From an uncultured Eubacteriales bacterium (GTDB lineage: Bacteria; Acidobacteriota; Aminicenantia; Aminicenantales; Aminicenantaceae): DNA of 64,000 bases. The notes beneath the pieces were generated by a model. The model saw only the letters and a program-made list of their open reading frames with translations. It was not told the origin of the DNA and did not search any database. The stretch lies in assembly GCA_964584935.1 (NCBI GenBank), contig CAZPBN010000003.1, forward strand, positions 39,880-103,879, in the 5' to 3' direction. Positions 10,059 through 19,380 of the stretch are shown piece by piece; the stretch's first letter is position 1, and every line of letters starts with the position of its first letter. The translations under genes were made by a program, and so were the position numbers.

Positions 10059-10484
10059 ATGATTGTATCTAAAGGTAGACAAGTCAAAGTTCAGTATGAA
10101 GGACGCTTAGAAACCGGCAAAATCATTGACAAGACAAAAGAAGGACAGCCATTTGAATTCACTGTTGGCAATGGACAAGTTATTCCGGCTTTTGAAAAAT
10201 CGGTAGAAGGTATGGAAATTGGAGAAAAAAAGGAATTTAAAATAGAACCTGAAAACGCCTATGGAGCCAGAAAAGAAGACCTTGTTAGAGAGGTGCCTCG
10301 CTCTAAAGTGCCAGAAAACATAACACCTGAGGAAGGGAGAGTCTTAAAAGCATTGGATTCTTCAGGTCAATCAATGCTGGTTAAAATTACAAATGTGACT
10401 GATGAAAGTGTCAAGATTGATTTTAACCATCCCTTAGCAGGTGAGAAATTAATATTTGAGGTAAAGATCGTAGATATAAAATAG
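10059..10484 (+). CDS. FKBP-type peptidyl-prolyl cis-trans isomerase (SlyD-like, with an insert-in-flap region)
   Basis: GQVIPAFEKSVEGMEIGEKKEFKIEPENAYG and NHPLAGEKLIFEVKIV. AAGGAGGG lies upstream. Confidence 0.85.
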   Translation: MIVSKGRQVKVQYEGRLETGKIIDKTKEGQPFEFTVGNGQVIPAFEKSVEGMEIGEKKEFKIEPENAYGARKEDLVREVPRSKVPENITPEEGRVLKALDSSGQSMLVKITNVTDESVKIDFNHPLAGEKLIFEVKIVDIK

Positions 10485-10757
10485 CCTCTTTCTACTATAT
10501 ACTATATGCCTTGTCTAGCATACCTTACTGAAATTGAATAAGTTAACTTAAATAATCCAATGTTATTTGGTTCCAGAACACATTCTGGAGGGCCCCAAAA
10601 TAGCTTCTAACTAAATAGAAGATATACATACTATGAGAATGCAATATGTTTTTATGCGTCAATAGATTGAATAAACTAGCCTGATTTAATACTCTTTACC
10701 TCTCATAAAATAACCACTATGGGAGAGAATATGGTATTGACAATAAGAGGTATAATT

Positions 10758-11045
10758 ATGATAATAAAAATGAGGCAGAATCAAGTGACTAAAATCAATA
10801 TCTCGATTCCCCAAGAAATATTGGATGAGATCGATAGAGTGAGTAAAAAGGAGAATAAATCCCGCTCTGAACTACTGCGGATGGCATTCAAAATCTATCT
10901 TGATGTCCTAAAAGAGGAACATAGAGAGAAAAAGAAGCAGAAAAGTATAGAAAAGGCCATTCAGATCCAGGAAGAAATCCGTGATGAGATCGGAAATATC
11001 GACCTCATCCAAGAATTGAGAAAATGGAGAGATGAACGCAAATGA
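10758..11045 (+). CDS. Ribbon-helix-helix (CopG/VapB-like) antitoxin
   Basis: KINISIPQEILDEIDRVSKKENKSRSELLRMAFKIYL is an RHH signature. AAGAGG lies 7 nt before the ATG at 10758. There is a 4-nt ATGA overlap with the downstream PIN gene. Confidence 0.7.
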   Translation: MIIKMRQNQVTKINISIPQEILDEIDRVSKKENKSRSELLRMAFKIYLDVLKEEHREKKKQKSIEKAIQIQEEIRDEIGNIDLIQELRKWRDERK

Positions 11046-11491
11046 ATGCTGCCTGCAGGAGAAATTATGTCATTGATGCTTCTGTTATCCTGAAGTGGTT
11101 TTCTCAAGCTGATGAAAACAATCTTGACAAAGCTCTTCAACTTCGGAAAGAATTCAGGGAACGAAACATAAATTTATATGCGCCGGAACTTTTAATATAC
11201 GAAATTGCCAATGTCTTAAGATACAAAAAAGTCCTGAGTGAAGACATCATTCATAAGGCCATTTCAAGTATCTATGACATGGATATTTTACTGCCTGTTA
11301 ATCTTGCTGTCATGACCCGTGCTGTAACCATTGCTCCGCAGTATCATATCACTGTTTATGATTCATCTTATCTAAGTTTTGCCCAGAATGTGGGATGCCA
11401 TTTGATCACGGCTGATAAAAAGCTTTACCAGAAGATCAAGGGATTTCCAGGATTAGTCTTCATAAGCGATTATGCCCCAGAAAGAAAATAA
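11042..11491 (+). CDS. vapC: PIN-domain toxin (VapC family)
   Basis: YVIDASVILKW (first acidic residue), YEIANVL, VYDSSYLSFA and ITADKKL are typical PIN-domain blocks. The gene is translationally coupled to the RHH gene. Confidence 0.8.
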   Translation: MNAACRRNYVIDASVILKWFSQADENNLDKALQLRKEFRERNINLYAPELLIYEIANVLRYKKVLSEDIIHKAISSIYDMDILLPVNLAVMTRAVTIAPQYHITVYDSSYLSFAQNVGCHLITADKKLYQKIKGFPGLVFISDYAPERK

Positions 11492-11573
11492 AAGATACTT
11501 TTAGTAAAGATGACAATATCATAAGAATAAAGAATAGACTTCGACATTAACGTTAATAAAACAAGTCCGGCTT

Positions 11574-11800
11574 TTATAGAGATGGCACTTGTTCCTCAGC
11601 TGCCATATGAAGCTGGATTTGTGCAGGAGGAAGACGTTCTGCCTTAAAGGTCAGTTTAAGGTGATCGATGATTCTATCAATGACTCTGTGATCTTTGATA
11701 AAGGAGATGATTTTCCTGTCTGCGTGAAGAGGACAGGCCGGATCATATACTTTCCCACCTGTGCTGTCTCTTTTTTGCTCTCAGTTCTTAATTTGCTGTG
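11574..11800 (-). mobile_element. Remnant of the 3' end of an IS91-like (Y2/HUH-type) transposase gene
   Basis: The minus-strand frame reads KVYDPACPLHADRKIISFIKDHRVIDRIIDHLKLTFKAERLPPAQ...VPSL*. This is a decayed version of the C-terminal VYEVDPLxCPxCGxxMxIIxFIxDxxVIxxILxHLxL block. It is about 85% nt-identical to 57696-57806, and the similarity continues about 100 nt past the stop codon. Confidence 0.45.
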
Positions 11801-11815
11801 TACGTTAAATCCAGT

Positions 11816-11947
11816 ATGAATTTTATCAACTTGTCTACGGCTTTGGCTCCTCTGAGAGCAAGGGAAATCGGCATTCGTAAGGTTCTCGGCGCTTCATTGA
11901 GGAATATCTTCACTCTCTTTCTTAAGGAGTTTTCTCGATTGATTTAA
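11816..11947 (+). pseudogene. Internal fragment of an FtsX/MacB-type ABC transporter permease
   Basis: MNFINLSTALAPLRAREIGIRKVLGASLRNIFTLFLKEF contains the hallmark REIGIRKxLGA loop. Only 43 codons remain and no neighbouring ABC genes are present. Confidence 0.55.
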
Positions 11948-12036
11948 TATAAGAGACGTATCAAATTAAAAAAAAGTTCCCCTTCCTTTTTATTCACTCA
12001 TACCGCAGGGAATCCAAAGGGTTAGCAGTGGCAGCT

Positions 12037-12285
12037 TCAATAAGCTTCTTTTCTGTGTTTGATCCGATAAACGAAGACTTCCTTTTTTTTGTCATTGATT
12101 CTATATATGATCCGATAGTTTCCTGACCGGATGCGATATCCTTGTTCTGCTGTGAGCTTAAGGCAACCATGAGGCCTAGGATTTTCTTTAAGGGAAGTGA
12201 TCTTCCTAACAAGAATATCGAATGTTTTTCCTCTAAGTTTATCTAGGTCTTTTTGTGCCTGGGGTAGAAGGAGTATTTTATACAC
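12037..12285 (-). CDS. RelE/ParE-family type II toxin
   Basis: 82 aa. LPQAQKDLDKL, ENPRPHGCLKL and YRIRSGNYRIIYRINDKKKEVFVYRIKHRKEAY are typical RelE/StbE features. The gene overlaps the upstream antitoxin gene by 8 nt. Confidence 0.8.
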   Translation of the reverse strand: MYKILLLPQAQKDLDKLRGKTFDILVRKITSLKENPRPHGCLKLTAEQGYRIRSGNYRIIYRINDKKKEVFVYRIKHRKEAY

Positions 12286-12505
12286 GCCTTTTTCTTAGAT
12301 AATCTTCGATAGGAATGGCTTCTTTTTCTAAAGAGCGCAGGGTTTTTAAATCCAATAAATCTTCTTTCAGTTCCTCTCTCTCGAGCCGCTCTTCAAGGGC
12401 TTTTTCTACAAAAAAGCCGTACTTGATCCCTTGTTCTTTACAGAACTTTTTTACCTTATTTACGGTTTTGTCATTAACCTTAACAGCAAATGTTGTTTTA
12501 GACAT
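12278..12505 (-). CDS. Cognate antitoxin of the RelE-like toxin
   Basis: A 75-aa acidic protein encoded directly upstream of the toxin and overlapping it. The N-terminus is a beta-strand/helix pattern (TFAVKVNDKTVNKVKKFCKEQGI). Confidence 0.6.
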   Translation of the reverse strand: MSKTTFAVKVNDKTVNKVKKFCKEQGIKYGFFVEKALEERLEREELKEDLLDLKTLRSLEKEAIPIEDYLRKRRV

Positions 12506-12662
12506 GTCAGTAAAAGATTAACACAAAACCGAAATAATAACAAACTAAAATAATAAAAAGTTTTAAATAGTTTAAATTAGTTAGCTGACTGGACTTATTT
12601 TTTCTTTTTTTTCTCTCTGTACTTCAAATGACCTGCCCCCAATCATTGTATCACTCCCAGAG

Positions 12663-12752
12663 TTAGAAAAGTAGGTTTTGGAGCGCACAGGCAGGCATTT
12701 GACCACCGCATTGAGGACAAATGAGAGGATCAACTTCATAATAAAAGGAATT
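12663..12752 (-). mobile_element. Short remnant of an IS91-like transposase zinc-ribbon block
   Basis: The minus-strand frame reads FYYEVDPLICPQCGGQM, then diverges and stops. It is the same motif family as the remnants at 11574-11800 and 57640-57900. Confidence 0.3.
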
Positions 12753-13159
12753 TCAATATATGAAACAGTCTGTTTCGTCATCTATCATACTGAGAGGATC
12801 TTGTTTGTGAGACAGAATAGAGTCAGGCTTATCCTGTTCCATAAAAGCACACAAATCAGATGCCTGATTTTCAGATGACTTTTTCTTTGCATTTTTGAGA
12901 AACTCAGACATAGCATCAATACCGCCTACATCGAATCCAAACTTCGAGGCTATTTGAACAGAGACGGTGCCTTTGCCATTGAGGAACTTGATAAGACGTC
13001 TTTTTTTTTCAACTCAGAGGTATCCATTGTTGCGAAGAACCGGGGGCAAAAATAGATTCTAAGTGTCAGATAGACATCAATGAATACAAATACATAAAAA
13101 AATTTTTTTTCCTTTCAAAAACCTTTACAATAGAGGCTGTTATTTAAAGGAAACAAGAT

Positions 13160-15193
13160 ATGAAAAGAATGATTATATTCTCATTGGTAATGTTCATAAT
13201 CCCTTTTGTTGTTTTCGGACAATGGAAAATAAAAAAAACCACCGCATTCAAAACAGACGAGCCAGTGCACATTGATGGATTTCTGAAAGAACAAGATTGG
13301 AATAAAGCTTCTGAAGCTAAGAATTTCATACAGTTTCAACCAGAAAGAGACAAACCAGCATCATTGAACACAGTTGTCAAGATCATGTATGACAATGATT
13401 TCATATACTTCGGATTTTTGTGTCATGACCCTGAACCAAAAAAGATTGCTTCCCAAATATCCAAAAGAGATTCAGATCTAAGGACAGACGATTCCATCTA
13501 TATTATGATCGACACCTATAATGACAAAAGAAACTGCTATTATTTTTCCACAAACCTTCTGGGCACTCAATTGGACGGACGAATAACAGAAAACGGAAAA
13601 ACAAATGATAACACCTGGGATGGAATCTGGAGCTGTGAATGCCAAAAAACAGAATTTGGATGGACAGCCGAGATTGCTATTTCTTTTTCATGTTTAAAAT
13701 ATGAGCCCGGTCAAAATAAAACATGGGGTTTGGGACTGGGAAGGGGAATTCCCCGGAAATTGGAATTCAGCTTCTGGACAGGACCCAAGGAATCTCCTTA
13801 CAAAGTTTCCCAGTTTGGTGAACTGGAGCATTTAGATCTTCAAAAAGCCAAGAAGAAATTACAGGTGATTCCTCATCTCATATCAAAATTGGAAGAGGGC
13901 GAAAAAGCAGAACTCAACGCAGGCGTGGATGCAAGATACGCTATGTCCCAGATGGTATCCGGCCATTTGACAATAAATCCTGATTTTGCAACTGTGGAAG
14001 CTGACCAGGAAAAAGTAAATCTGACTCGATTTGAACTTCATCTTCCAGAAAAAAGAAATTTTTTCCTCGAAGGTTCTGAAATTTACCGCCAGAGAATCAG
14101 GCTTTTTTATTCCCGAAGAATTTCAGATATCTACGGGGGAGCAAAAGTCTACGGAAAGGCCGGAGGATATGAATTTTCAGGAATGACAGTCCAGACAAAA
14201 AAAGATGAATCCATCAATGAAAGCTCAGCAAATTTTTCCGTCTTCCGTTTAAAAAAGGATGTTATGAAATCCTCGACTATCGGTTTTTTAGCTGCCAACA
14301 AACTGGTCAATGGAAAAAATAGGGGAACTGCGGGAATAGACACATCACTTTATTTTTCAGATACTTTTAAATTCACCGGGCAATTCGCCTGCAGCTACGG
14401 CGAAAACAACAAAAGCAACCTGGCATTTTTCCTCCGTCCTAGCTACGATTCCTCAACGTTCCATATCCATCTCCGTTACACTCAGATCGGGAAATATTTT
14501 GCTGATAATGCCAATCAGGTCGGATTTGTCCGTGATGACAATCGAAGAGAGCTGGATTCAGCAGTGAGGAAAACTTTCTGGATCAAAAAATGGGGGTTGC
14601 AGCGGATCACCTACGATTCCAATTACAATATATACTGGGGATTGGATGGGACCCTGAGAAGCTGGAAAATCGATGAAGGGCTTAATTTCGACCTGAAAAA
14701 TAAATTCATGCTGGGTGTGGATCATTCCCAGGAATACAAGCTCTATGAGAAAAAATTCCGAAATAACCGAACCGGTGTTTCCTTAGGATACAACACAAGA
14801 GAATGGCAATCAGTTAGAGTGACATACAATTTTGGTAAAAATTACGATTTGGATTTCAAACTAATCCAAGGCAGTGTGAACTATAAAATCACAGAAGACT
14901 TTTCCCTTTCTTATAACGTGTCGCGATTGATCTTTGATCCAGATCCTGAAGATGAAAGCACCTGGATTCATGTTATCCGGGCAACACAGTATTTCACCAA
15001 TGATTTATTCATAAAAGTGTTCTACCAGGTGAACACTTCCATAGACAAAAGAAATATACAGGTGCTGTTTGTTTACCGGTTTCAGCCTCCGTTCGGCTTT
15101 ATTCAGCTGGCTTACCAGAAAGGAACAGCCGCCTTCGGAGAAAAAGGAGAACAGGGCCACACATTATTCCTGAAGGTTACTTATATGTTTTAA
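13160..15193 (+). CDS. Outer-membrane/secreted protein with an N-terminal CBM9-like (DOMON-type) domain and a C-terminal beta-rich region (DUF5916-like)
   Basis: Signal peptide MKRMIIFSLVMFIIPFVVFGQ. IDGFLKEQDWNKA...FIQFQPERDKPA...YFGFLCHDPEP is typical of this family. The C-terminus alternates hydrophobic residues and ends in F. Confidence 0.7.
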   Translation: MKRMIIFSLVMFIIPFVVFGQWKIKKTTAFKTDEPVHIDGFLKEQDWNKASEAKNFIQFQPERDKPASLNTVVKIMYDNDFIYFGFLCHDPEPKKIASQISKRDSDLRTDDSIYIMIDTYNDKRNCYYFSTNLLGTQLDGRITENGKTNDNTWDGIWSCECQKTEFGWTAEIAISFSCLKYEPGQNKTWGLGLGRGIPRKLEFSFWTGPKESPYKVSQFGELEHLDLQKAKKKLQVIPHLISKLEEGEKAELNAGVDARYAMSQMVSGHLTINPDFATVEADQEKVNLTRFELHLPEKRNFFLEGSEIYRQRIRLFYSRRISDIYGGAKVYGKAGGYEFSGMTVQTKKDESINESSANFSVFRLKKDVMKSSTIGFLAANKLVNGKNRGTAGIDTSLYFSDTFKFTGQFACSYGENNKSNLAFFLRPSYDSSTFHIHLRYTQIGKYFADNANQVGFVRDDNRRELDSAVRKTFWIKKWGLQRITYDSNYNIYWGLDGTLRSWKIDEGLNFDLKNKFMLGVDHSQEYKLYEKKFRNNRTGVSLGYNTREWQSVRVTYNFGKNYDLDFKLIQGSVNYKITEDFSLSYNVSRLIFDPDPEDESTWIHVIRATQYFTNDLFIKVFYQVNTSIDKRNIQVLFVYRFQPPFGFIQLAYQKGTAAFGEKGEQGHTLFLKVTYMF

Positions 15194-15412
15194 TTTTTTT
15201 TATCTTAAAAAAATCAAAAGAAAGTGAATGATATATTCTTTTTTCCAGGATTAATGAGGAAGAAATCAGGTTCTGGGAAGTTTATATCTTACTTCCCCTC
15301 TTTTCCTTGACAAGAAGCTTTATGTCTGTAATATTCTAAACGCAGATGGTGAATAGGCTTGGATTTAGCAAAAATAAGCTTTATCGTATTTAAAAATTTT
15401 TGGAGGCTGTCA

Positions 15413-15556
15413 ATGATGAAAAAAACATATTTCTTTGCAGTTGCCCTGTTGATTTTATCCCTTATGTCCCTTTCTTCTGTCAGGAGTCAGGAAACTGAGG
15501 AAACCGTTTGGAGGCAGCTGGGCAAAATGGGAAACAGAGACCGGTCAAAAAAATAA
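15413..15556 (+). CDS. Small secreted peptide (47 aa; signal peptide plus a charged tail of about 23 aa)
   Basis: GGAGG at 15402-15406 lies 6 nt before the ATG. MMKKTYFFAVALLILSLMSLSSVRS then QETEETVWRQLGKMGNRDRSKK. The ORF ends 15 nt before the M14 peptidase gene. Confidence 0.4.
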   Translation: MMKKTYFFAVALLILSLMSLSSVRSQETEETVWRQLGKMGNRDRSKK

Positions 15557-15571
15557 ACAAGGAGTTCTATC

Positions 15572-16621
15572 ATGCGTATTTTAAAAAAGATTTCTGTTTT
15601 ATTTATAGTATTGATAGTTTTATTCAATATTTCCGCTTTCGGGCAGACATTGAATGTCGGTGAAATTTCAGCAAAACCGGGCGAAAGAACCGACGGTTTT
15701 ATTATCGTGCCTGAAGGGTCCGACGGTGATGAAGTGAAGATTCCTGTAACCGTCATTAACGGAACAAAGAAAGGACCTGTCCTTGCCTTAACCGCAGCTA
15801 TTCACGGATACGAATACCCGCCGGTCATAGCTTTTCAGAGGCTGATAAAAATCATCGACCCGAAACAGGTATCCGGCGCTTTGATCTTTGTTCATGTTGC
15901 CAACATCCCCTCATTCTTGAAACGCACAATTTATTATGGCCCCCATGACTGGAAGAACTTGAACCGGGTATTCCCCGGAAAAATCGACGGCACGATGTCC
16001 GAACGCATTGCCTTCCAGATAACCAAAGAGGTCATCGATAAATGTGATTATCTTATTGATAACCACTGCGGTGACGGCAACGAAGACCTGATGCCTTATC
16101 TTTACTGCCTGCAGACAGGGGATGCCAGTATAGATAAAGCTACAAAGATGATGGCAGAGAATTATGGGCTTCCCCTGGCTATCAATGAAAAAGGAAGGCC
16201 AACAGATATCAAGGAATCTGTGTATGGGGGGAACACAGCCATAGTGAGAGGCAAGCCTGCGATCACCATAGAATCCGGAAAACTGGGCAGGACAGATGAA
16301 ATAGATATAAAAAGAGTTGTGACAGGTACTCTCAATGTGATGAAAGTTCTGAACATGATCAAAGGTGAACCACAGATTGATGCAAAACCTGTATGGGTGC
16401 AGAAATACACCATTATCCGCTCCGAGAAAACCGGTATATTTTACCCTTTGGTCAGCAGAGCCGACCATGTGCAAAAAGGTCAGCTCATAGGTTACCTCAC
16501 CGATTTTTTCGGTAACAGGATCCAGGAAGCAAGAGCCCCTTATGACGGAATTGTGCTTTACATCGTTGCCACCCCGCCTATGAGCCCGGGAGAGCCGATG
16601 GCATCAATCGGCCAGTTCTGA
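15572..16621 (+). CDS. Succinylglutamate desuccinylase/aspartoacylase-family (M14-like) zinc hydrolase, secreted
   Basis: Signal peptide, HGYEYP (HxxE zinc motif), NRVFPG and IDNHCGDGNE. Confidence 0.85.
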   Translation: MRILKKISVLFIVLIVLFNISAFGQTLNVGEISAKPGERTDGFIIVPEGSDGDEVKIPVTVINGTKKGPVLALTAAIHGYEYPPVIAFQRLIKIIDPKQVSGALIFVHVANIPSFLKRTIYYGPHDWKNLNRVFPGKIDGTMSERIAFQITKEVIDKCDYLIDNHCGDGNEDLMPYLYCLQTGDASIDKATKMMAENYGLPLAINEKGRPTDIKESVYGGNTAIVRGKPAITIESGKLGRTDEIDIKRVVTGTLNVMKVLNMIKGEPQIDAKPVWVQKYTIIRSEKTGIFYPLVSRADHVQKGQLIGYLTDFFGNRIQEARAPYDGIVLYIVATPPMSPGEPMASIGQF

Positions 16622-16821
16622 TAAAAATAAGAACCGGACATCCAGGTTCTATACAAAAGAAATAGATGGTAATAAAACTGTTGACGCAAACCAAATAACC
16701 TCAACAAAGGTTTATTACTATCTCTAATAAGTTTAATATAACACCTATTTGTCCAATAATGAATGACTTATAAGCAATAAAATAAACCTATGGTTTGACC
16801 CTAGTTTATTTTTCTGCTATT

Positions 16822-17649
16822 ATGTCAATAAGGAGTTTACCTATTAGAAGCAAATTAAACCAAATTCTTAAAATGTGGCCTCGGGGCACTATTGCTGTGA
16901 GTTCATGGTTCAAGACTCAGGGCATATCTCGACAGTTGCTTGATTCATATGAGAAATCAGAATGGGTCAATAGGATTGGCAGAGGAGCATATTCACGAAC
17001 AGATGATTTTGTTGATTGGACAGGTGGATTATATGCTATTCAAGAACAGCTTAAACTTCCAATTCATATTGGGAGTAAAACAGCTTTGCAAATATCCGGG
17101 ATTTCTCATCAGATCCCACTTGGCAAGGGACAAAATGTTTTTCTATTTGGAAAAACAGGAGCAAAACTCCCAAAATGGTTCAAAGAATATAAATGGGATG
17201 TAAAAATACATTATACCATGACAAATTTATTTGGGACTGTCAAACAATTGGGACTAACTTCATGGCCCATGAGAGATTATTCTATTATCATATCTTCCCC
17301 AGAAAGAGCTATCATGGAACTTCTCTATTTTATTCCCAAGCGGAAATCATTTGAAGAAGCAATCTTTTTTATGGAGGGATTAGTATCAGCTACCTTGCGT
17401 CCTAAATTAGTCCAGGAATTACTAGAAAATTGTAATTCAATAAGAGTGAAGCGTTTATTTATGTACTTAGCTGAAAAGTTTCAACATCAATGGATTCAAA
17501 AGATTGATTTGACAAATGTGAATTTTGGAAAAGGAAAGCGTGTTATCGTTATAGGCGGTATGTTTGATTCCAAATATAAAATTGTAGTGCCTAAAGTGAA
17601 TTATACTGGTGAAGACATTCATAAATCAGCTAAAGATAATGAAAAATAG
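16822..17649 (+). CDS. AbiEi-family antitoxin / transcriptional regulator (type IV TA)
   Basis: N-terminal wHTH-like WPRGTIAVSSWFKTQGISRQLLDSYEKSEWVNRIGRGAYSR. The ATG at 16822 is preferred to the TTG at 16795. The gene overlaps the downstream AbiEii gene. Confidence 0.8.
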   Translation: MSIRSLPIRSKLNQILKMWPRGTIAVSSWFKTQGISRQLLDSYEKSEWVNRIGRGAYSRTDDFVDWTGGLYAIQEQLKLPIHIGSKTALQISGISHQIPLGKGQNVFLFGKTGAKLPKWFKEYKWDVKIHYTMTNLFGTVKQLGLTSWPMRDYSIIISSPERAIMELLYFIPKRKSFEEAIFFMEGLVSATLRPKLVQELLENCNSIRVKRLFMYLAEKFQHQWIQKIDLTNVNFGKGKRVIVIGGMFDSKYKIVVPKVNYTGEDIHKSAKDNEK

Positions 17650-18538
17650 TATTTTTTTTAAACAAGCCGAAATTTTGTTGCGGCTCATACCATTTATAAC
17701 AAAGGAAAAATGTTTTGCTTTAAAAGGGGGAAGTGCTATCAATTTTTTTGTACGTGACATGCCAAGATTGTCTGTTGATATCGACTTAGTATATCTTCCT
17801 TTAGAAAATCGCGAAACAGCTTTGGCTAACATAAATTCTGCTGTTAAAAGAATCAAAAATAAAATATCTAAAGCAATACCTAAATCAAAATGTTTACTGC
17901 GCCCAAATTCAAAGCTGTTGATTAATTTTAAAGGTACAGAGATCAGGATTGAACCAAATTTAATATTTCGGGGAGCCGTATATCCTTGCGAAAAGAGTAC
18001 TCTAACCCAAAAAGCAAAGGGACTATTCCAAATGAGTGTTGATGCCAAAATCCTTTCTTTTGAAGATTTATATAGTGGCAAACTTTGTGCGGCACTAGAT
18101 CGTCAACATCCTAGAGATTTTTTTGATTTAATGATATTAATGAAGAACGAAGGAATTACAGATAAAATACGAAAAGCCTTTGTTGTTTATTTAGCTGGAC
18201 ATAACCGTCCTATGAATGAATTGCTAAGACCTCGATGGCAAGATTTCCGATCTATTTATGAAAATGATTTTATGGGCATGCCGTTTGAACCAGTTTCCTA
18301 TGATGAATTGATAAAAAGTAGAAACCAGATGCATTCAGCCCTTATCAGCACATTGACCGCTGATGAGAAATCCTTTCTTATTTCCATCAAAGAAAGGTCA
18401 CCTAAATGGGAATTAATGGAGATTGAAGGAATTGATAATCTACCAGCAGTTCAATGGAAACTCAAAAATATCACATTGATGTCAAAAAAGAAACGTATTG
18501 AAGCTTTAGAAAAATTGAAAAATGTCCTAAATTATTAA
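17639..18538 (+). CDS. AbiEii/AbiGii-family nucleotidyltransferase toxin (DUF1814)
   Basis: LKGGSAINFF and LSVDIDLVY nucleotidyltransferase motifs. The gene is coupled to AbiEi. Confidence 0.85.
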   Translation: MKNSIFFKQAEILLRLIPFITKEKCFALKGGSAINFFVRDMPRLSVDIDLVYLPLENRETALANINSAVKRIKNKISKAIPKSKCLLRPNSKLLINFKGTEIRIEPNLIFRGAVYPCEKSTLTQKAKGLFQMSVDAKILSFEDLYSGKLCAALDRQHPRDFFDLMILMKNEGITDKIRKAFVVYLAGHNRPMNELLRPRWQDFRSIYENDFMGMPFEPVSYDELIKSRNQMHSALISTLTADEKSFLISIKERSPKWELMEIEGIDNLPAVQWKLKNITLMSKKKRIEALEKLKNVLNY

Positions 18539-18768
18539 CTGCTTATTTTATATTGCTTGATATTTTAATTCTTTAACTTAAAAATCGATTGAGGCAATTC
18601 TTGACATTTTAAATCCACTTTGAAATATCCCTTCATATTGTTTGAGTTATCAAAATGTGTGCGGATTATGAAAAGCCGTGATGAAAATGAATCAAAAATT
18701 AATCTTTCTGGTCATGAGGTCAACTCTCGTGTTTTGAGTGGTTAACTATGCATAAAAGAAATGAAGAA

Positions 18769-19380
18769 CTAATGACTGCGCACGATTTCTTTCACCCGCA
18801 TAAGCTGAACCTGGAAGGAGCGTTCCATCTCATCCAAACGGCTCGAAATATAGGATATGGTCTCCTTGATATTGGGAATAAGAATGTGTTCAAGGGCATT
18901 CACCCTGCGCCGGGTTGTTTCAATCTCATCGGAAAGAAGCTCGACAGCTTTCCAGAGCCGCCCCATTTCCGCTAAATCTTCCATCAATTCCTTTGTCTTT
19001 TTTATTCCAACATCCAGTTCGCTGTCTGTGTTTAAAAAATCATAATCAGAGATTTCAAATTCCTTTATTTGAAACTTGGGGATAGAGATATTGAATATTT
19101 TGTCTTTTTGGGCTTCCACAGTGAGTTTCCCCTCTGGAAGGAGTTTTTTCAAATCATCTTCTGAATTGTAGGCTCGGGCGATACAAAAAGAAAGCATGAC
19201 TTTTTGGAATTTTTTCTCTACTTTTTCCTGTATCTCATTGAGCTGCCTCATCAATTCCAGAAACCGGCGCATCAGCTCTTCCAGTTTGTCTTTTAGAAGT
19301 TTATGCCCCCGTTCAGCCAAAGCCAGACGCCTTCTCAGACGCAAGAGCTCCATACGGTTCGGATTGACATTCAGTTTCAT
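18769..19380 (-). CDS. atpD: A/V-type ATPase subunit D
   Basis: [32 protein letters not shown] is the canonical subunit D N-terminus. It is the last gene of the operon. Confidence 0.9.
   Translation of the reverse strand: MKLNVNPNRMELLRLRRRLALAERGHKLLKDKLEELMRRFLELMRQLNEIQEKVEKKFQKVMLSFCIARAYNSEDDLKKLLPEGKLTVEAQKDKIFNISIPKFQIKEFEISDYDFLNTDSELDVGIKKTKELMEDLAEMGRLWKAVELLSDEIETTRRRVNALEHILIPNIKETISYISSRLDEMERSFQVQLMRVKEIVRSH

Noticed and set aside
16775-16815. Short inverted repeats (aataaac...gtttatt, aaacctatggttt) upstream of the first abiEi gene as an AbiEi operator.
   Set aside because: The idea is plausible from what is known of AbiEi autoregulation. However, the repeats are short, AT-rich and expected by chance in this composition.
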